Shown: in pieces, positions 37,967 to 46,970 of the stretch | How the letters are laid out: every line of letters begins with the position of its first letter | How positions within the stretch are numbered: position 1 is the first letter of the stretch | From: Vicinamibacteraceae bacterium | GTDB taxonomy: Bacteria > Acidobacteriota > Vicinamibacteria > Vicinamibacterales > JAFNAJ01 | DNA length: 54,185 bases | Assembly: GCA_023384595.1 (NCBI GenBank) | Contig: JAHDVQ010000010.1 | Coordinates: 1-54,185, forward strand | Direction: 5' to 3' | Notes under the pieces: model-generated | What the model was told of the DNA's origin: nothing | Database searches by the model: none | The model's input: only the letters and a program-made list of their open reading frames with translations | Program-made: the position numbers and the translations under genes

Positions 37967-38921
37967 CCGTCTTCGGCACCACGACGTCGGTCGCGGCCCA
38001 CGACCGGTCGTCGGGCGGCGCGTAGCGCGCATCGTCGATGCGCACGAGCCAGGCGTCGGCCCGTTCCTCGACGACGTAGACGGGAAACCTGGCCCAGCCG
38101 ACGATACCTCGCGCCTCCGGGCGCGCCGTCGCGGCCTCGATGGCCGGGTGATCGGTCTCGCGCGATCGCGTCGTCCGACCGAGGCGCACGGCCCCGTCGA
38201 GAAGGTGCACCGTGCCGGTCAGGTACGCATCGTCGACCTCCACGACCACGTGCTTCCGGAACGGGGTGCCGAACGTCGGGGCGACCATCAGCCGGACCGG
38301 GGCAGGGTGCCCGACACGAGCCAGGTCGCGGAGCACCAGGGTCCGCCCGTATCGACTCCCGACCAGCATGGCGACGACGTAGACGAGGGTCAGCGCGAGG
38401 GCGACCCGCGCCGGACGTCCCGCGCCGCCCGCCGGTCTGACCGCGCGGCGAGCCCGCGCCCGCGACATGAGCACACCGAGCCCCAGCGCCGCCCACATCC
38501 ACGGATCGATGATGAACAGCGTGTCGCCGTAGAACCAGGTGGTGTCAAACGGCATCAGCCAGCGCATGCCGTAGTTGTTCAGCCAATCGAGCGTCGGGTG
38601 CGTCAGCACGGCGAGGGCGGCGAGGCCCAGCAGCGGCGCCGGACGGGCGGCCTGCGGGGGCTGGCGACCCCGCCGCCGGCGGACCAGCCGGTCCCATGCC
38701 AGCATGACGGCCGTCAGCACGACCGGCAGGACGACCAGGGCCAGGGCGCCGTGCGTCCAACCGCGCCGCCAGAGCAACGAGTCGCCGAAGAAGTAGGTCA
38801 GGGCGTCGATGTCGGGTGCGTTCGCCCCGATGATCAGGGTGGCGGTGGCGAGCGCGGTGGTGCGTTTGAGGCCCGACTCGGCGAGCGCCGCGCCGACGAG
38901 GGTGTGGCAGACGGGATCCAT
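37920..38921 (-). CDS. YdjM/DUF457-like membrane-bound metal-dependent hydrolase
   Basis: MDPVCHTLVGAALAE...GANAPDIDAL...GWTHGALA...THPTLDWLNNYG. Its 3' end overlaps the convergent rluA-like gene by 47 nt. Confidence 0.8.
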   Translation of the reverse strand: MDPVCHTLVGAALAESGLKRTTALATATLIIGANAPDIDALTYFFGDSLLWRRGWTHGALALVVLPVVLTAVMLAWDRLVRRRRGRQPPQAARPAPLLGLAALAVLTHPTLDWLNNYGMRWLMPFDTTWFYGDTLFIIDPWMWAALGLGVLMSRARARRAVRPAGGAGRPARVALALTLVYVVAMLVGSRYGRTLVLRDLARVGHPAPVRLMVAPTFGTPFRKHVVVEVDDAYLTGTVHLLDGAVRLGRTTRSRETDHPAIEAATARPEARGIVGWARFPVYVVEERADAWLVRIDDARYAPPDDRSWAATDVVVPKTVTGAATTPSTAVPDS

Positions 38922-39050
38922 CGTCGGTCGATCTTACGCTGTCGCGCCCGTCGCACGAACTCGCGTCGGGCGGCGTGCGCAGGATGCCCTCGGCGCCCCC
39001 CTCGGTCCGGACCCGTCGCAGACGGCGTTTCAGGGTGTAGTGTAGGAACC

Positions 39051-40778
39051 ATGGCTTCGCGCACGCTGCCGCCCGAGTTCGACGACCTCCTGCGTGAAGA
39101 GCGCGAGGTGCTCGCCCATCTGCAGCGGGCCCTCGTCGCGGTCGACGCGGCCGTGGACGACCGCGAGGTGCTCGCTCGGGCGATGGCCGACCTCGAGGAC
39201 CTGTTCCTGCTCGTCGTGGTGGGCGAGTTCAACGCGGGCAAGAGCGCCTTCGTCAACGTGCTCCTCGGGGCCGACGTGCTGGCCGAGGGCGTGACGCCGA
39301 CGACCTCGCAGGTGACGCTCCTGCGCCACGGCGAGGTGCCGGCCACCACGCTCGGGAGCGACGGCGTCCTCGTCGTGACCACGCCGGTCGAGCGTCTGCG
39401 CGACGTGGCCGTGGTCGACACGCCCGGCACCAACGCCATCGTCCGCGAGCACCAGGCCGTGACCGAGCGTTTCGTGCCACGCGCCGACCTCGTCCTGTTC
39501 CTGACGAGCGTCGACCGGCCCTTCACGGAGAGCGAGCGGGCGTTTCTTGAGCTCGTGCGCGACTGGGGCAAGAAGATCGTCGTCGTCCTCAACAAGATCG
39601 ACATTCTCGAGCGTGACGAGGACATCGACGAGGTCGTGCGGTTCGTCGGAACGAGCGCGGAGCGCCTGCTCGGCATCACCCCGCCGATCTTCCCGGTCAG
39701 CGTCAGGCTCGCGCGGCGGACAGGCTCGGCGGTGGCCTCCGAGGCCGATCCGAGCCGGTTCGTCGCCCTCCGGCGGTTCGTCGAGGCCATGCTCGCCGAC
39801 GCGAGCCGGATCAGGCTCAAGCTGCAGAGTCCCCTCGGCGTTGCCAGGCGGCTCGCCGACCGTCAGCTGCAGGCCATCGACGACCGCCTCGGGCTCCTGG
39901 CCGACGACGTGCGGCTGCTCGACGACGTCGAGCGGCAGTTGTCGGCCTACCGGGACGACATGCGCCGCGACTTCGCCTATCGCGTGGCCGACGTCGACAA
40001 TCAGCTGCTCGAGATGGAGCGGCGGGGCCACGCCTACTTCGACGAGACGCTTCGCTTCGGACGCGTCTTCGACCTGCTGACTCGCAGTCGCGTGCAGGAG
40101 GGGTTCGTCCGCGAGGTGGTGGCTGACACCCCGCAGGTCATCGAGCGAAAAGTCGACGCGCTCATCGACTGGCTCGTCGATGCCGACTTCCGCCAGTGGC
40201 AGGCCGTGACCGACCATCTCGCCGAGGGCCGCCGGCGGCACCGCGAGCGCATCGTCGGCGATGACGGAGGCCGGTTTCACCACGACCGGTCGAGGCTCAT
40301 CGAGGCCGTCGGACGCGAGGCCCAGCGCGTCGTCGACACGTACGACCGCACGCGCGAGGCCTCGGCCATCGCCGACAAGGCGCGCGATGCCGTGGCGGCG
40401 GCCGCGGCCCTGCAGGTGGCCGCCGCCGGCGTCGGCACCGCCGTCACCGTGGCCGCGACCACCGCCGCCGCCGACATCACCGGCCTCGCGCTCGCGGGCG
40501 TGCTGGCCGCGATCGGACTCTTCGTGATCCCGGGCCGGCGCGCCCGTGCGAAGCAGGAGATGCGCCACAAGGTGTCCGACCTGCGCGATCGACTGTCGCG
40601 CGCCCTGCATCGTCACTTCGAGGAGGAGATCGACGCGAGCGTGGGCCGCGTCGAGGCGGGGATCGCCCCGTACGCCCGCTTCGTCAGGACCGAGCGGGAT
40701 CGTCTCGCCGCCGCCAGGGAGAGCTTCGGTGAGGTGAACGCGCGACTGGCCGACCTGCTCCGCAGGCTCCAGAGCTGA
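39051..40778 (+). CDS. bacterial dynamin-like GTPase
   Basis: Internal ATG at 39051. G1 GEFNAGKSAFVN, G3 DTPGTNA, G4 LNKID. Long helical stalk and a hydrophobic paddle (VAATTAAADITGLALAGVLAAIGLFVIPG). The 38148 start is antisense to the ydjM-like gene. Confidence 0.85.
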   Translation: MASRTLPPEFDDLLREEREVLAHLQRALVAVDAAVDDREVLARAMADLEDLFLLVVVGEFNAGKSAFVNVLLGADVLAEGVTPTTSQVTLLRHGEVPATTLGSDGVLVVTTPVERLRDVAVVDTPGTNAIVREHQAVTERFVPRADLVLFLTSVDRPFTESERAFLELVRDWGKKIVVVLNKIDILERDEDIDEVVRFVGTSAERLLGITPPIFPVSVRLARRTGSAVASEADPSRFVALRRFVEAMLADASRIRLKLQSPLGVARRLADRQLQAIDDRLGLLADDVRLLDDVERQLSAYRDDMRRDFAYRVADVDNQLLEMERRGHAYFDETLRFGRVFDLLTRSRVQEGFVREVVADTPQVIERKVDALIDWLVDADFRQWQAVTDHLAEGRRRHRERIVGDDGGRFHHDRSRLIEAVGREAQRVVDTYDRTREASAIADKARDAVAAAAALQVAAAGVGTAVTVAATTAAADITGLALAGVLAAIGLFVIPGRRARAKQEMRHKVSDLRDRLSRALHRHFEEEIDASVGRVEAGIAPYARFVRTERDRLAAARESFGEVNARLADLLRRLQS

Positions 40779-40812
40779 CCCTCATACGACACTCGGCTTG
40801 CGACGACCGGCT

Positions 40813-40852
40813 GGCGGCTACCGGCCGGCACGACAACGATAGCCGCCTTCTC
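40813..40852 (+). terminator. possible intrinsic terminator hairpin after the dynamin-like gene
   Basis: GGCGGCTA (40813-20) pairs with TAGCCGCC (40840-47) across a 19-nt loop, followed by TTCTC. The loop is long and the U-tract weak. Confidence 0.3.
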
Positions 40853-40922
40853 CCTGACCGGTGACCACACTGGGAGTGAAGCGAAGGCCAGTCGTCCGCC
40901 CGTTGATGTCTCCAACCAGGCC

Positions 40923-40943
40923 GCCAGTCGCCAGCCGCCAGCC
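40923..40943. repeat. tandem heptamers GCCAGTC/GCCAGCC/GCCAGCC (reverse complement of GGCTGGY)
   Basis: Copies at 40923-29, 40930-36 and 40937-43. In addition, the 12-mer CCGGCTGGCGGC (40807-18) is the inverted repeat of GCCGCCAGCCGG (40934-45). Confidence 0.85.
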
Positions 40944-41073
40944 GGACTGTCACATTGGGGCTGACCGCCGGCACATTCACGTGGGGCCGCCGCCAGACGA
41001 TTCCTCTTGGAGGGGGTGAGTGCGCCGTATGGAGTTCACGGCCACCTGACCGATAGGTCCCCCGGGGATACAG

Positions 41074-42225
41074 ATGCAGGCGCAGTGGCTGGGCCGGCGC
41101 AGACGGGTCGTCGTCGACGGGTTCCAGTTGCGCTACGTTCTCACGAGCCTGCTGGGGCTGTTCGTCCACGTCGCGCTCGCGTCCGCGTTCATCGTGGGCC
41201 CTTTGGTCTACCTGGTGAACCGCGACGCGCCCTCCGGCACACCGGCATGGGCGGCGACGTCGCTGCTGGCGCTCCACGAACACTTCTGGCCTGGCCTCGG
41301 CCTGCTGTTCCTGCTCGAGGCGGCCAGGGTCGTGTTCATGTCCCACCGGATCGCCGGCCCGCTCTACCGCTTCCGCGTGGTGCTCGAGCGTCTGGCGCGG
41401 GGCGACCTGACGCAACGCGTGCGCATTCGCGATCGAGACTACTTGTGGGACGAGGCCCGAGCCCTCGAGACGGCCATCGCCGCGCTCCGTGACCGGGTCG
41501 ACGCGACGAAGGCCGCCGCGGTCGACGTGGTACGGCAGGTGGCCACACTGCGGGGCGAGAGCCTCGACGAGCGTGTCGCGTCGGGCCTCGACGCGAGCCT
41601 GGCCCGGCTCGGTGAGACGCTCGAGGTCCTCGTGACCGACCGGACCGGTCGCACGGCGCCTGCCTCTGTCGACGCTGCCGCGCGAGTCCCCGTCGTTCCG
41701 GTACCGGGAAGCGGCCCGGCCGCGGCGACGCGCGACGAGCGCGGCATGAGCCTCGTCGAAATGCTGGTGACCAGTGCGCTCCTCGGGACACTGCTGGCGC
41801 TGGCACTTCCGCATTACTGGGGAGCGGTCGAGAAGGCGCGCGTGACGCGGGCGATCGGCGAGATCCACGCGCTCGACCGCGCGATCCAGATGTTCCGCAA
41901 CGAGCGCGGCCACCTCCCGGCGACGCTGGCCGAGGTCGCCAGCCCACCGCCAATCGATCCCTGGGGGCATCCGTACGAGTATCTGCGGATCGACACGAGC
42001 GGCACGGCACCCTCGCCGTCGGGACCGGGCAAGGGGGGCGGCGGTCGCAACGTGACTGGGCAGGCACGCAAGGACAGGAACCTCGTGCCCATCAACTCCG
42101 ACTTCGACCTCTACAGCGCCGGCCGCGACGGCAAGTCGGCCTCACCGTTGACCGCGAAGGTCAGCCAGGACGACGTGGTACGGGCCAACAGCGGGGGCTT
42201 CATCGGTCTGGCTCGGGACTACTGA
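41074..42225 (+). CDS. in-frame fusion: 2-TM + HAMP module joined to a GspG-like type II secretion/type IV pilin-like pseudopilin
   Basis: N-terminal part: FQLRYVL, two TM helices and a HAMP-like SHRIAGPLYRFRVVLERLARGDLTQRV. C-terminal part: prepilin site RDERG|MSLVEMLV (Gly224/Met225, nt 41743-41748; Glu at +5), then GspG-like IDPWGHPYEY and DLYSAGRDGK. No stop codon between the two parts. Confidence 0.7.
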   Translation: MQAQWLGRRRRVVVDGFQLRYVLTSLLGLFVHVALASAFIVGPLVYLVNRDAPSGTPAWAATSLLALHEHFWPGLGLLFLLEAARVVFMSHRIAGPLYRFRVVLERLARGDLTQRVRIRDRDYLWDEARALETAIAALRDRVDATKAAAVDVVRQVATLRGESLDERVASGLDASLARLGETLEVLVTDRTGRTAPASVDAAARVPVVPVPGSGPAAATRDERGMSLVEMLVTSALLGTLLALALPHYWGAVEKARVTRAIGEIHALDRAIQMFRNERGHLPATLAEVASPPPIDPWGHPYEYLRIDTSGTAPSPSGPGKGGGGRNVTGQARKDRNLVPINSDFDLYSAGRDGKSASPLTAKVSQDDVVRANSGGFIGLARDY

Positions 42226-42241
42226 CCGGCAAGGCGGCATC

Positions 42242-43843
42242 ATGACGGCATCCCTTCTGCGGAGTCGCGTCGCGCGCCGGATCCTCGTGATGTTTGTCTT
42301 GTCGGTCCTCGCGCCGCTGTGCCTCATCGCTCTCATCTCGCTGCGGGACGTTCGCGGGCAACTCCGTGAGCAGGCCGTCCGGCATCTGGAGCAGGAGCTG
42401 AAATCGTGGAGTCTCGCGGCCGTCGCCAGACTGCAGTACGTGGAGTCGCACCTGAGAGCGGCAGCGACCCTCACCGAGGCGGGAGGCCCTTACGAGGCGG
42501 TCGCTGCGCTCTTCGACCGCCTCGACGGCAATGACGCCGCCGTGTTGGCCGTCACCGTCATCGACCACGCGGGCCGGCAGCGGAGCGTCAGCGGTCTGCC
42601 GTTTGCCTTGGAGGCGTCGGACACACGGCGGCTGCACCTCGAGCGCGGGGGCATCGCTGGCTCGCTCGACCCGGCCGGTGTGGTCGCGGAGATCGCGACC
42701 GTGCACGGGCGTGTCGCGGTGCTCGTCAACGACGCATGGCTGTGGGCGCTCGACAACCGCGACACCGTGCGAGACGAGACTGCCGTCACCGTGCTCGACG
42801 AGCGGGGACGCATCCTCGCGACCTCGCTCGCCGTGCCGCCCGATTTCGGCCCGCGTTTGACGGCTGCGCTCCTCGCGCGGGGCGTGGGCCACGATACCTG
42901 GCGACAGGGTGAGCAGAACTTCATTGTCGCCTACCGCACGTTGCCTCTGGAAACGCCCTACCATCTACCGCCGATCACGGTCGTCTTCACGAGAGCGGCC
43001 GACGAGGTCCTCGCGGCGAGTACGGCCTTTTCGCGGAGTCTCCTGCTGACCCTGCTGGCGACACTGTGGCTGGTCGTCCTGCTCAGCCTCCGGCTCATTC
43101 GATCGAGCCTCCAGCCTCTCGACCGGCTGCGTCAGGCCACCATACGCCTCGAGCGAGGCGATTTCTCGACACGGGTCGACGTCAGGAGCGGTGACGAGTT
43201 CGAGGAGCTTGCCGGCTCGTTCAACGCGATGGCGAACGGCCTCGAGACCCAGTTCCGCGAGCTCGAGGCGATGCACCTCGGCACGCTGAATGCGTTCGCT
43301 CGTGCGATCGACGCGAAGTCGTCGTGGACCGCCGGCCACTCCGAGCGGGTGACCGAGCTCGCGGTGCGGATCGGGCAGGAACTGAACTTGCCGGCTGCGC
43401 GGCTGTCCTGCCTGCGCCGCGGCGGCCTGCTGCACGACATCGGGAAGCTCGCGATTCCCGGGGCGGTGCTCGACAAGCTCGGTCCGCTGACGCCCGGTGA
43501 GTTGGCCCTGATGCAGGAGCATCCGATGCGCGGCGTACGCATCCTCGAGCCGATTGCGCCCTTCGCCGACCTGCTGCCCATCGTGGGTCAGCACCACGAG
43601 CGCTTCGACGGCGGCGGGTATCCTCTCGGCCTGCGCGGCGACGAGATCGACGTCTCGGCCCGCGTGCTCGCCGTTGCCGATGCCTTCGACGCCATGACGT
43701 CGAACCGCCCGTACCGTTGCGGGCTCGATATCGACGCCGCCGTGCGCGTGATCCGCGGCGAGGCGGGCCGGCAGTTCGACCCGCTCGTGGTCGAGGCGTT
43801 CCTGCGCGTCCTCGCCCGTGGCGAGAAGAGTGAGGCGGCCTGA
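42242..43843 (+). CDS. membrane sensor (periplasmic domain + HAMP) HD-GYP domain protein, putative c-di-GMP phosphodiesterase
   Basis: Two TM helices flank a sensor domain of about 250 aa. HAMP (RLERGDFSTRV). HD-GYP motifs GLLHDIGKLAIP and HHERFDGGGYP. Confidence 0.9.
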   Translation: MTASLLRSRVARRILVMFVLSVLAPLCLIALISLRDVRGQLREQAVRHLEQELKSWSLAAVARLQYVESHLRAAATLTEAGGPYEAVAALFDRLDGNDAAVLAVTVIDHAGRQRSVSGLPFALEASDTRRLHLERGGIAGSLDPAGVVAEIATVHGRVAVLVNDAWLWALDNRDTVRDETAVTVLDERGRILATSLAVPPDFGPRLTAALLARGVGHDTWRQGEQNFIVAYRTLPLETPYHLPPITVVFTRAADEVLAASTAFSRSLLLTLLATLWLVVLLSLRLIRSSLQPLDRLRQATIRLERGDFSTRVDVRSGDEFEELAGSFNAMANGLETQFRELEAMHLGTLNAFARAIDAKSSWTAGHSERVTELAVRIGQELNLPAARLSCLRRGGLLHDIGKLAIPGAVLDKLGPLTPGELALMQEHPMRGVRILEPIAPFADLLPIVGQHHERFDGGGYPLGLRGDEIDVSARVLAVADAFDAMTSNRPYRCGLDIDAAVRVIRGEAGRQFDPLVVEAFLRVLARGEKSEAA

Positions 43844-43858
43844 GCCGGCCGTTCCGGA

Positions 43859-45976
43859 TCAGCCTGGGTCGACGTGTGGGCGCAGCGACATCGCGAGTGC
43901 CAGACCGATGGCCGTCAGGACGAGCGCCGCGCCCGTGATCGTCCAGTCGAGCGTGTCGCCCCGCACGCCGAGCGAGGCCGCGAGGTCGGGCGACTTTGTC
44001 AAGGTCGCCGCGATGCCGTTGTTGAGCGCGTGGACGACCATCCCGGTCAGAATCGACCCGGTCTTCCACACGAGGAATCCCAGCAGGACGCCGAGGACGA
44101 AGGTGGGCAGCAGCCGGTAGATCGACGCGTGCGCGACGGCGAACAGCAGCGACGAGATGCCGATCGCCTGCCACTGCCCCAGCCGGCGCAGCCCGCTCAT
44201 CACCACGCCGCGGAAGAACAGTTCCTCGCAGATGGCTGGCGTGACCGCGATGACGGCCAGCACCACCCAGAGCGGCATCGGCTCGTCGCCGAGCATCAGC
44301 ACCCGCTCGAGGGCCCGGACCAGGGAGTCGGGTGGAGGCGCGAGCCGCATGACCACGCCACCCACCACGGCCCAGGCCGAAACGCCCACCAGCACGGCGG
44401 CGGTGAGGCCGGCGACCGAAGGGAGCCGCCACGACAGCGTGGCCCGCGGCGAGTAGCCGAGGCCCCAGACGACCGCGAGCGCCGGCAGCAGGAAGAAGCC
44501 GTACTGCGTGACGAGCAGCATCACCGGCACGCTCCGCGCCTCGAGCAGCAGGCTCCCGTAGAAGGCGAGGACCAGGACCACGGCGAAGAGCGACGTCACG
44601 ACCATCGGCGATGGCACGCCGCCCGACCGCCGCTCGAGGCCCAGCACCGCCCGCGCCGACTCCTTTCCTCCGAGCAGGATCTGCTCGCGCTGGAAGACCC
44701 TGACGGCCAGCGCGACGGCGAGCGATGCGTACGCGGCCGACCCCACCAGGGTGAGGAACATCAACTCCCCCGCCGCCTCGCCGACGAGCAGGGCCTTGAT
44801 GAGCAGCGCGATGTTGACGATGGGCACGAACGCCGTCCACGGGTTCAGCTCGATGCCGGGGAGCATCGTGACGGCCGACGGCATGACGAGCAGCATGTAG
44901 ACGGGCGTGAGGAAGTTCTGTCCGTCCTTGAAGTCCTTGGCGAAGACCGCCACCGCGAGGAAGGTCGCCGTCGTCGTCAGCGTGACGGGGACGAGCATCA
45001 GCGCCGTGAGGCCGTAGGTCGACCACGCCACCTCGAGCTGCCCGGCCGGCAGCACGCGCGCCATCGTGAGCGCGAGGCTCGCGACGTTGGCGCCGGCGGC
45101 CACGAGCGACACGGTCCAGACGGTGAGGAACTTGCCGACCACGATCTCCGCCGAGCGGATGGGCGCGCAGAGCAGCGTCTGCATCGTGCCCCGCTCCTTC
45201 TCGCCGGCCGTCAGGTCGACGGCCGGGTAGAAGCCGCCGAAGAGCGACAGCGACACGAGGAGGAACGGGAGGAACGTGCCGAGGATGAAGCCGGCCTGGC
45301 GGGCCGGCGGCGACACGTCGCGCACCAGCACGTCGAAGACCGAGAAGAAGCCGTCGGCGAGTGGCGGGTCGCGGGAGAGCAGTCGCTGCTGCCTGACCGA
45401 CGCGCGGTAGGTGTCGAGCGCCGAGGCGAGCCGCTCGCGCGCCGTACGCGAATCGTCTCGCACCGAGTCGAAGTACACGGACAGGTGACCGGCATCATCG
45501 TCGGCGACGGCAGCCTCGAGGCCCGACCACGCGACGACGACCGCGTCGGCCCGGCGGCTGGTCACGAGGGCCCGCGCCGCGTCGAGCACGGGGTTGTCCT
45601 GCTCCCTCCGGACCTGGTCGGGTCGCCGCGACTGGCGTGGAGGCTCGTCGGTCTCGACGAGCGGCGGGACGACGAGGCGCCCGGCGCGCAGGTCGTCGGC
45701 GAGGGGCGGATCGAGCCCGAGGTCGACGCGAGGGGTAAGACTCGGCCCGTCCTCGAGCGCGCGCACCAGCGCCGGCGGCACGTCGCCCCAGATCGCGACG
45801 ACCGACGGGCGGGCCTCGGTCGCCTCCGTTCGAGCTTCCTGCAGCTTGCTGATCCCGATGAGCATCAGCGGGTAGAGCACGACCGGCAGGCCGATCATCA
45901 TCACGAGCGTGCGCCGATCGCGCAGCGTCTCGTGCAGTTCCTTCCGGAAGATCGTGAGGACGATGGCGAGGCGCAT
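43859..45976 (-). CDS. ABC-2 (NatB-like) transporter permease fused to a C-terminal CPBP/CAAX intramembrane protease domain
   Basis: MRLAIVLTIFRKELHETLRDRRTL is a NatB-like N-terminus. CPBP motifs are AICEELFFRG, FAVAHAS and HALNN. ATG 45976 lies 4 nt after the ATPase stop. An alternative upstream ATG is at 46039. Confidence 0.85.
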   Translation of the reverse strand: MRLAIVLTIFRKELHETLRDRRTLVMMIGLPVVLYPLMLIGISKLQEARTEATEARPSVVAIWGDVPPALVRALEDGPSLTPRVDLGLDPPLADDLRAGRLVVPPLVETDEPPRQSRRPDQVRREQDNPVLDAARALVTSRRADAVVVAWSGLEAAVADDDAGHLSVYFDSVRDDSRTARERLASALDTYRASVRQQRLLSRDPPLADGFFSVFDVLVRDVSPPARQAGFILGTFLPFLLVSLSLFGGFYPAVDLTAGEKERGTMQTLLCAPIRSAEIVVGKFLTVWTVSLVAAGANVASLALTMARVLPAGQLEVAWSTYGLTALMLVPVTLTTTATFLAVAVFAKDFKDGQNFLTPVYMLLVMPSAVTMLPGIELNPWTAFVPIVNIALLIKALLVGEAAGELMFLTLVGSAAYASLAVALAVRVFQREQILLGGKESARAVLGLERRSGGVPSPMVVTSLFAVVLVLAFYGSLLLEARSVPVMLLVTQYGFFLLPALAVVWGLGYSPRATLSWRLPSVAGLTAAVLVGVSAWAVVGGVVMRLAPPPDSLVRALERVLMLGDEPMPLWVVLAVIAVTPAICEELFFRGVVMSGLRRLGQWQAIGISSLLFAVAHASIYRLLPTFVLGVLLGFLVWKTGSILTGMVVHALNNGIAATLTKSPDLAASLGVRGDTLDWTITGAALVLTAIGLALAMSLRPHVDPG

Positions 45977-45980
45977 CGCG

Positions 45981-46751
45981 TTACGCTCCAGGCGCGGTCG
46001 CCGCAAGGTCGGTTCGGCCGACGTGGGCGAGGAAGGCATCGGTCAGATTCGACTGGCCCGAGCGCGCGAGCAGTTCCTCGAGCGTGCCGGCGTCGAACAC
46101 CCGGCCCTGGTGCATCAGCAGGATGCGGTCGCAGAGGTACTCGGCTTCTCCCATGACGTGCGTCGAGAAGAGCACGGCACGACCCGCGGCCCGCTCGCGA
46201 CGGATCGCCTCGACGATGAACTGCCCGCTGATGACGTCGAGCGCCGTCGTCGGCTCGTCGAGAATGAGCACGTCGGGGTCGTGGAGGAAGGCGCGCGCGA
46301 TGTTGGCACGCTGCTTCTGGCCGGACGAGAGAGTGCCGCAAGGGCGGTCGGCGAAGCTCGCCATGTCGAGCTGGTCGACGCTGCGATCGATCTTCGGCCC
46401 GAGGGAGGCGTCGTCCATCTCGTAGAGCCGGCCGAAGAATCGCAGCACCTCTCGCGGCGACAGCCGCTGATAGAGGTGGGTGTCACCCGTCAGGAAGCCG
46501 AGGCGTCGCTTGGCCGCCAGCGGGTCGTCGCGCATGTCGACGCCGCCGACGAGCACGCGCCCGCCGTCGGGCGTGAGGATGCCCGCGAGCATCCGCAGGG
46601 TGGTCGTCTTGCCCGCCCCGTTTGGGCCGAGCAGGCCGACGATCTCTCCCGGGTGCACGACGAAGCTGACGTCGTCGACGGCGTGCACGCCGGGAAACGT
46701 CTTGACGAGGTGATCGGCGACGAGCGCGGGGCGCGTGGGGTCGAGGCTCAT
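45981..46751 (-). CDS. ABC transporter ATP-binding protein (NatA-like)
   Basis: Walker A GPNGAGKTT, signature LSSGQKQR, Walker B LILDEPT. ATG at 46751. Confidence 0.92.
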   Translation of the reverse strand: MSLDPTRPALVADHLVKTFPGVHAVDDVSFVVHPGEIVGLLGPNGAGKTTTLRMLAGILTPDGGRVLVGGVDMRDDPLAAKRRLGFLTGDTHLYQRLSPREVLRFFGRLYEMDDASLGPKIDRSVDQLDMASFADRPCGTLSSGQKQRANIARAFLHDPDVLILDEPTTALDVISGQFIVEAIRRERAAGRAVLFSTHVMGEAEYLCDRILLMHQGRVFDAGTLEELLARSGQSNLTDAFLAHVGRTDLAATAPGA

Positions 46752-46970
46752 GGCACAAGGTCCCGGTGGAGGCGGCAGCCGTGTCCCGCAGCCGGCGGGG
46801 GCCCGGACGAGGGTATCACCAGTCCATCTGCCACCCTTGGCGGCGGCGCGACCTTCGCGGTATTGTTCTCCACGGGGCTCCGGCCGCGCACGCGGCCGGG
46901 GCCACTTGACGGCCACTGCCCCTGTGGCCGGCCCGCACCCTTCGCCCGCTTTCATTCCCGAGGTTTTTCC

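Noticed and set aside
38148-39050. 5' extension of the dynamin ORF (track start 38148)
   Set aside because: The extension runs antisense through the YdjM-like gene and is Arg/Gly-rich. ATG 39051 (MASRTLPPEFDDLL..) begins the protein-like sequence.
45909-46970. 5' extension of the ALDH ORF (track start 45909), and the 760-aa ORF at 43874..46156 +
   Set aside because: Both are antisense to the ABC ATPase and permease genes. ALDH similarity starts at ATG 46971 (MSNALLSKLQITDVNPGA..).
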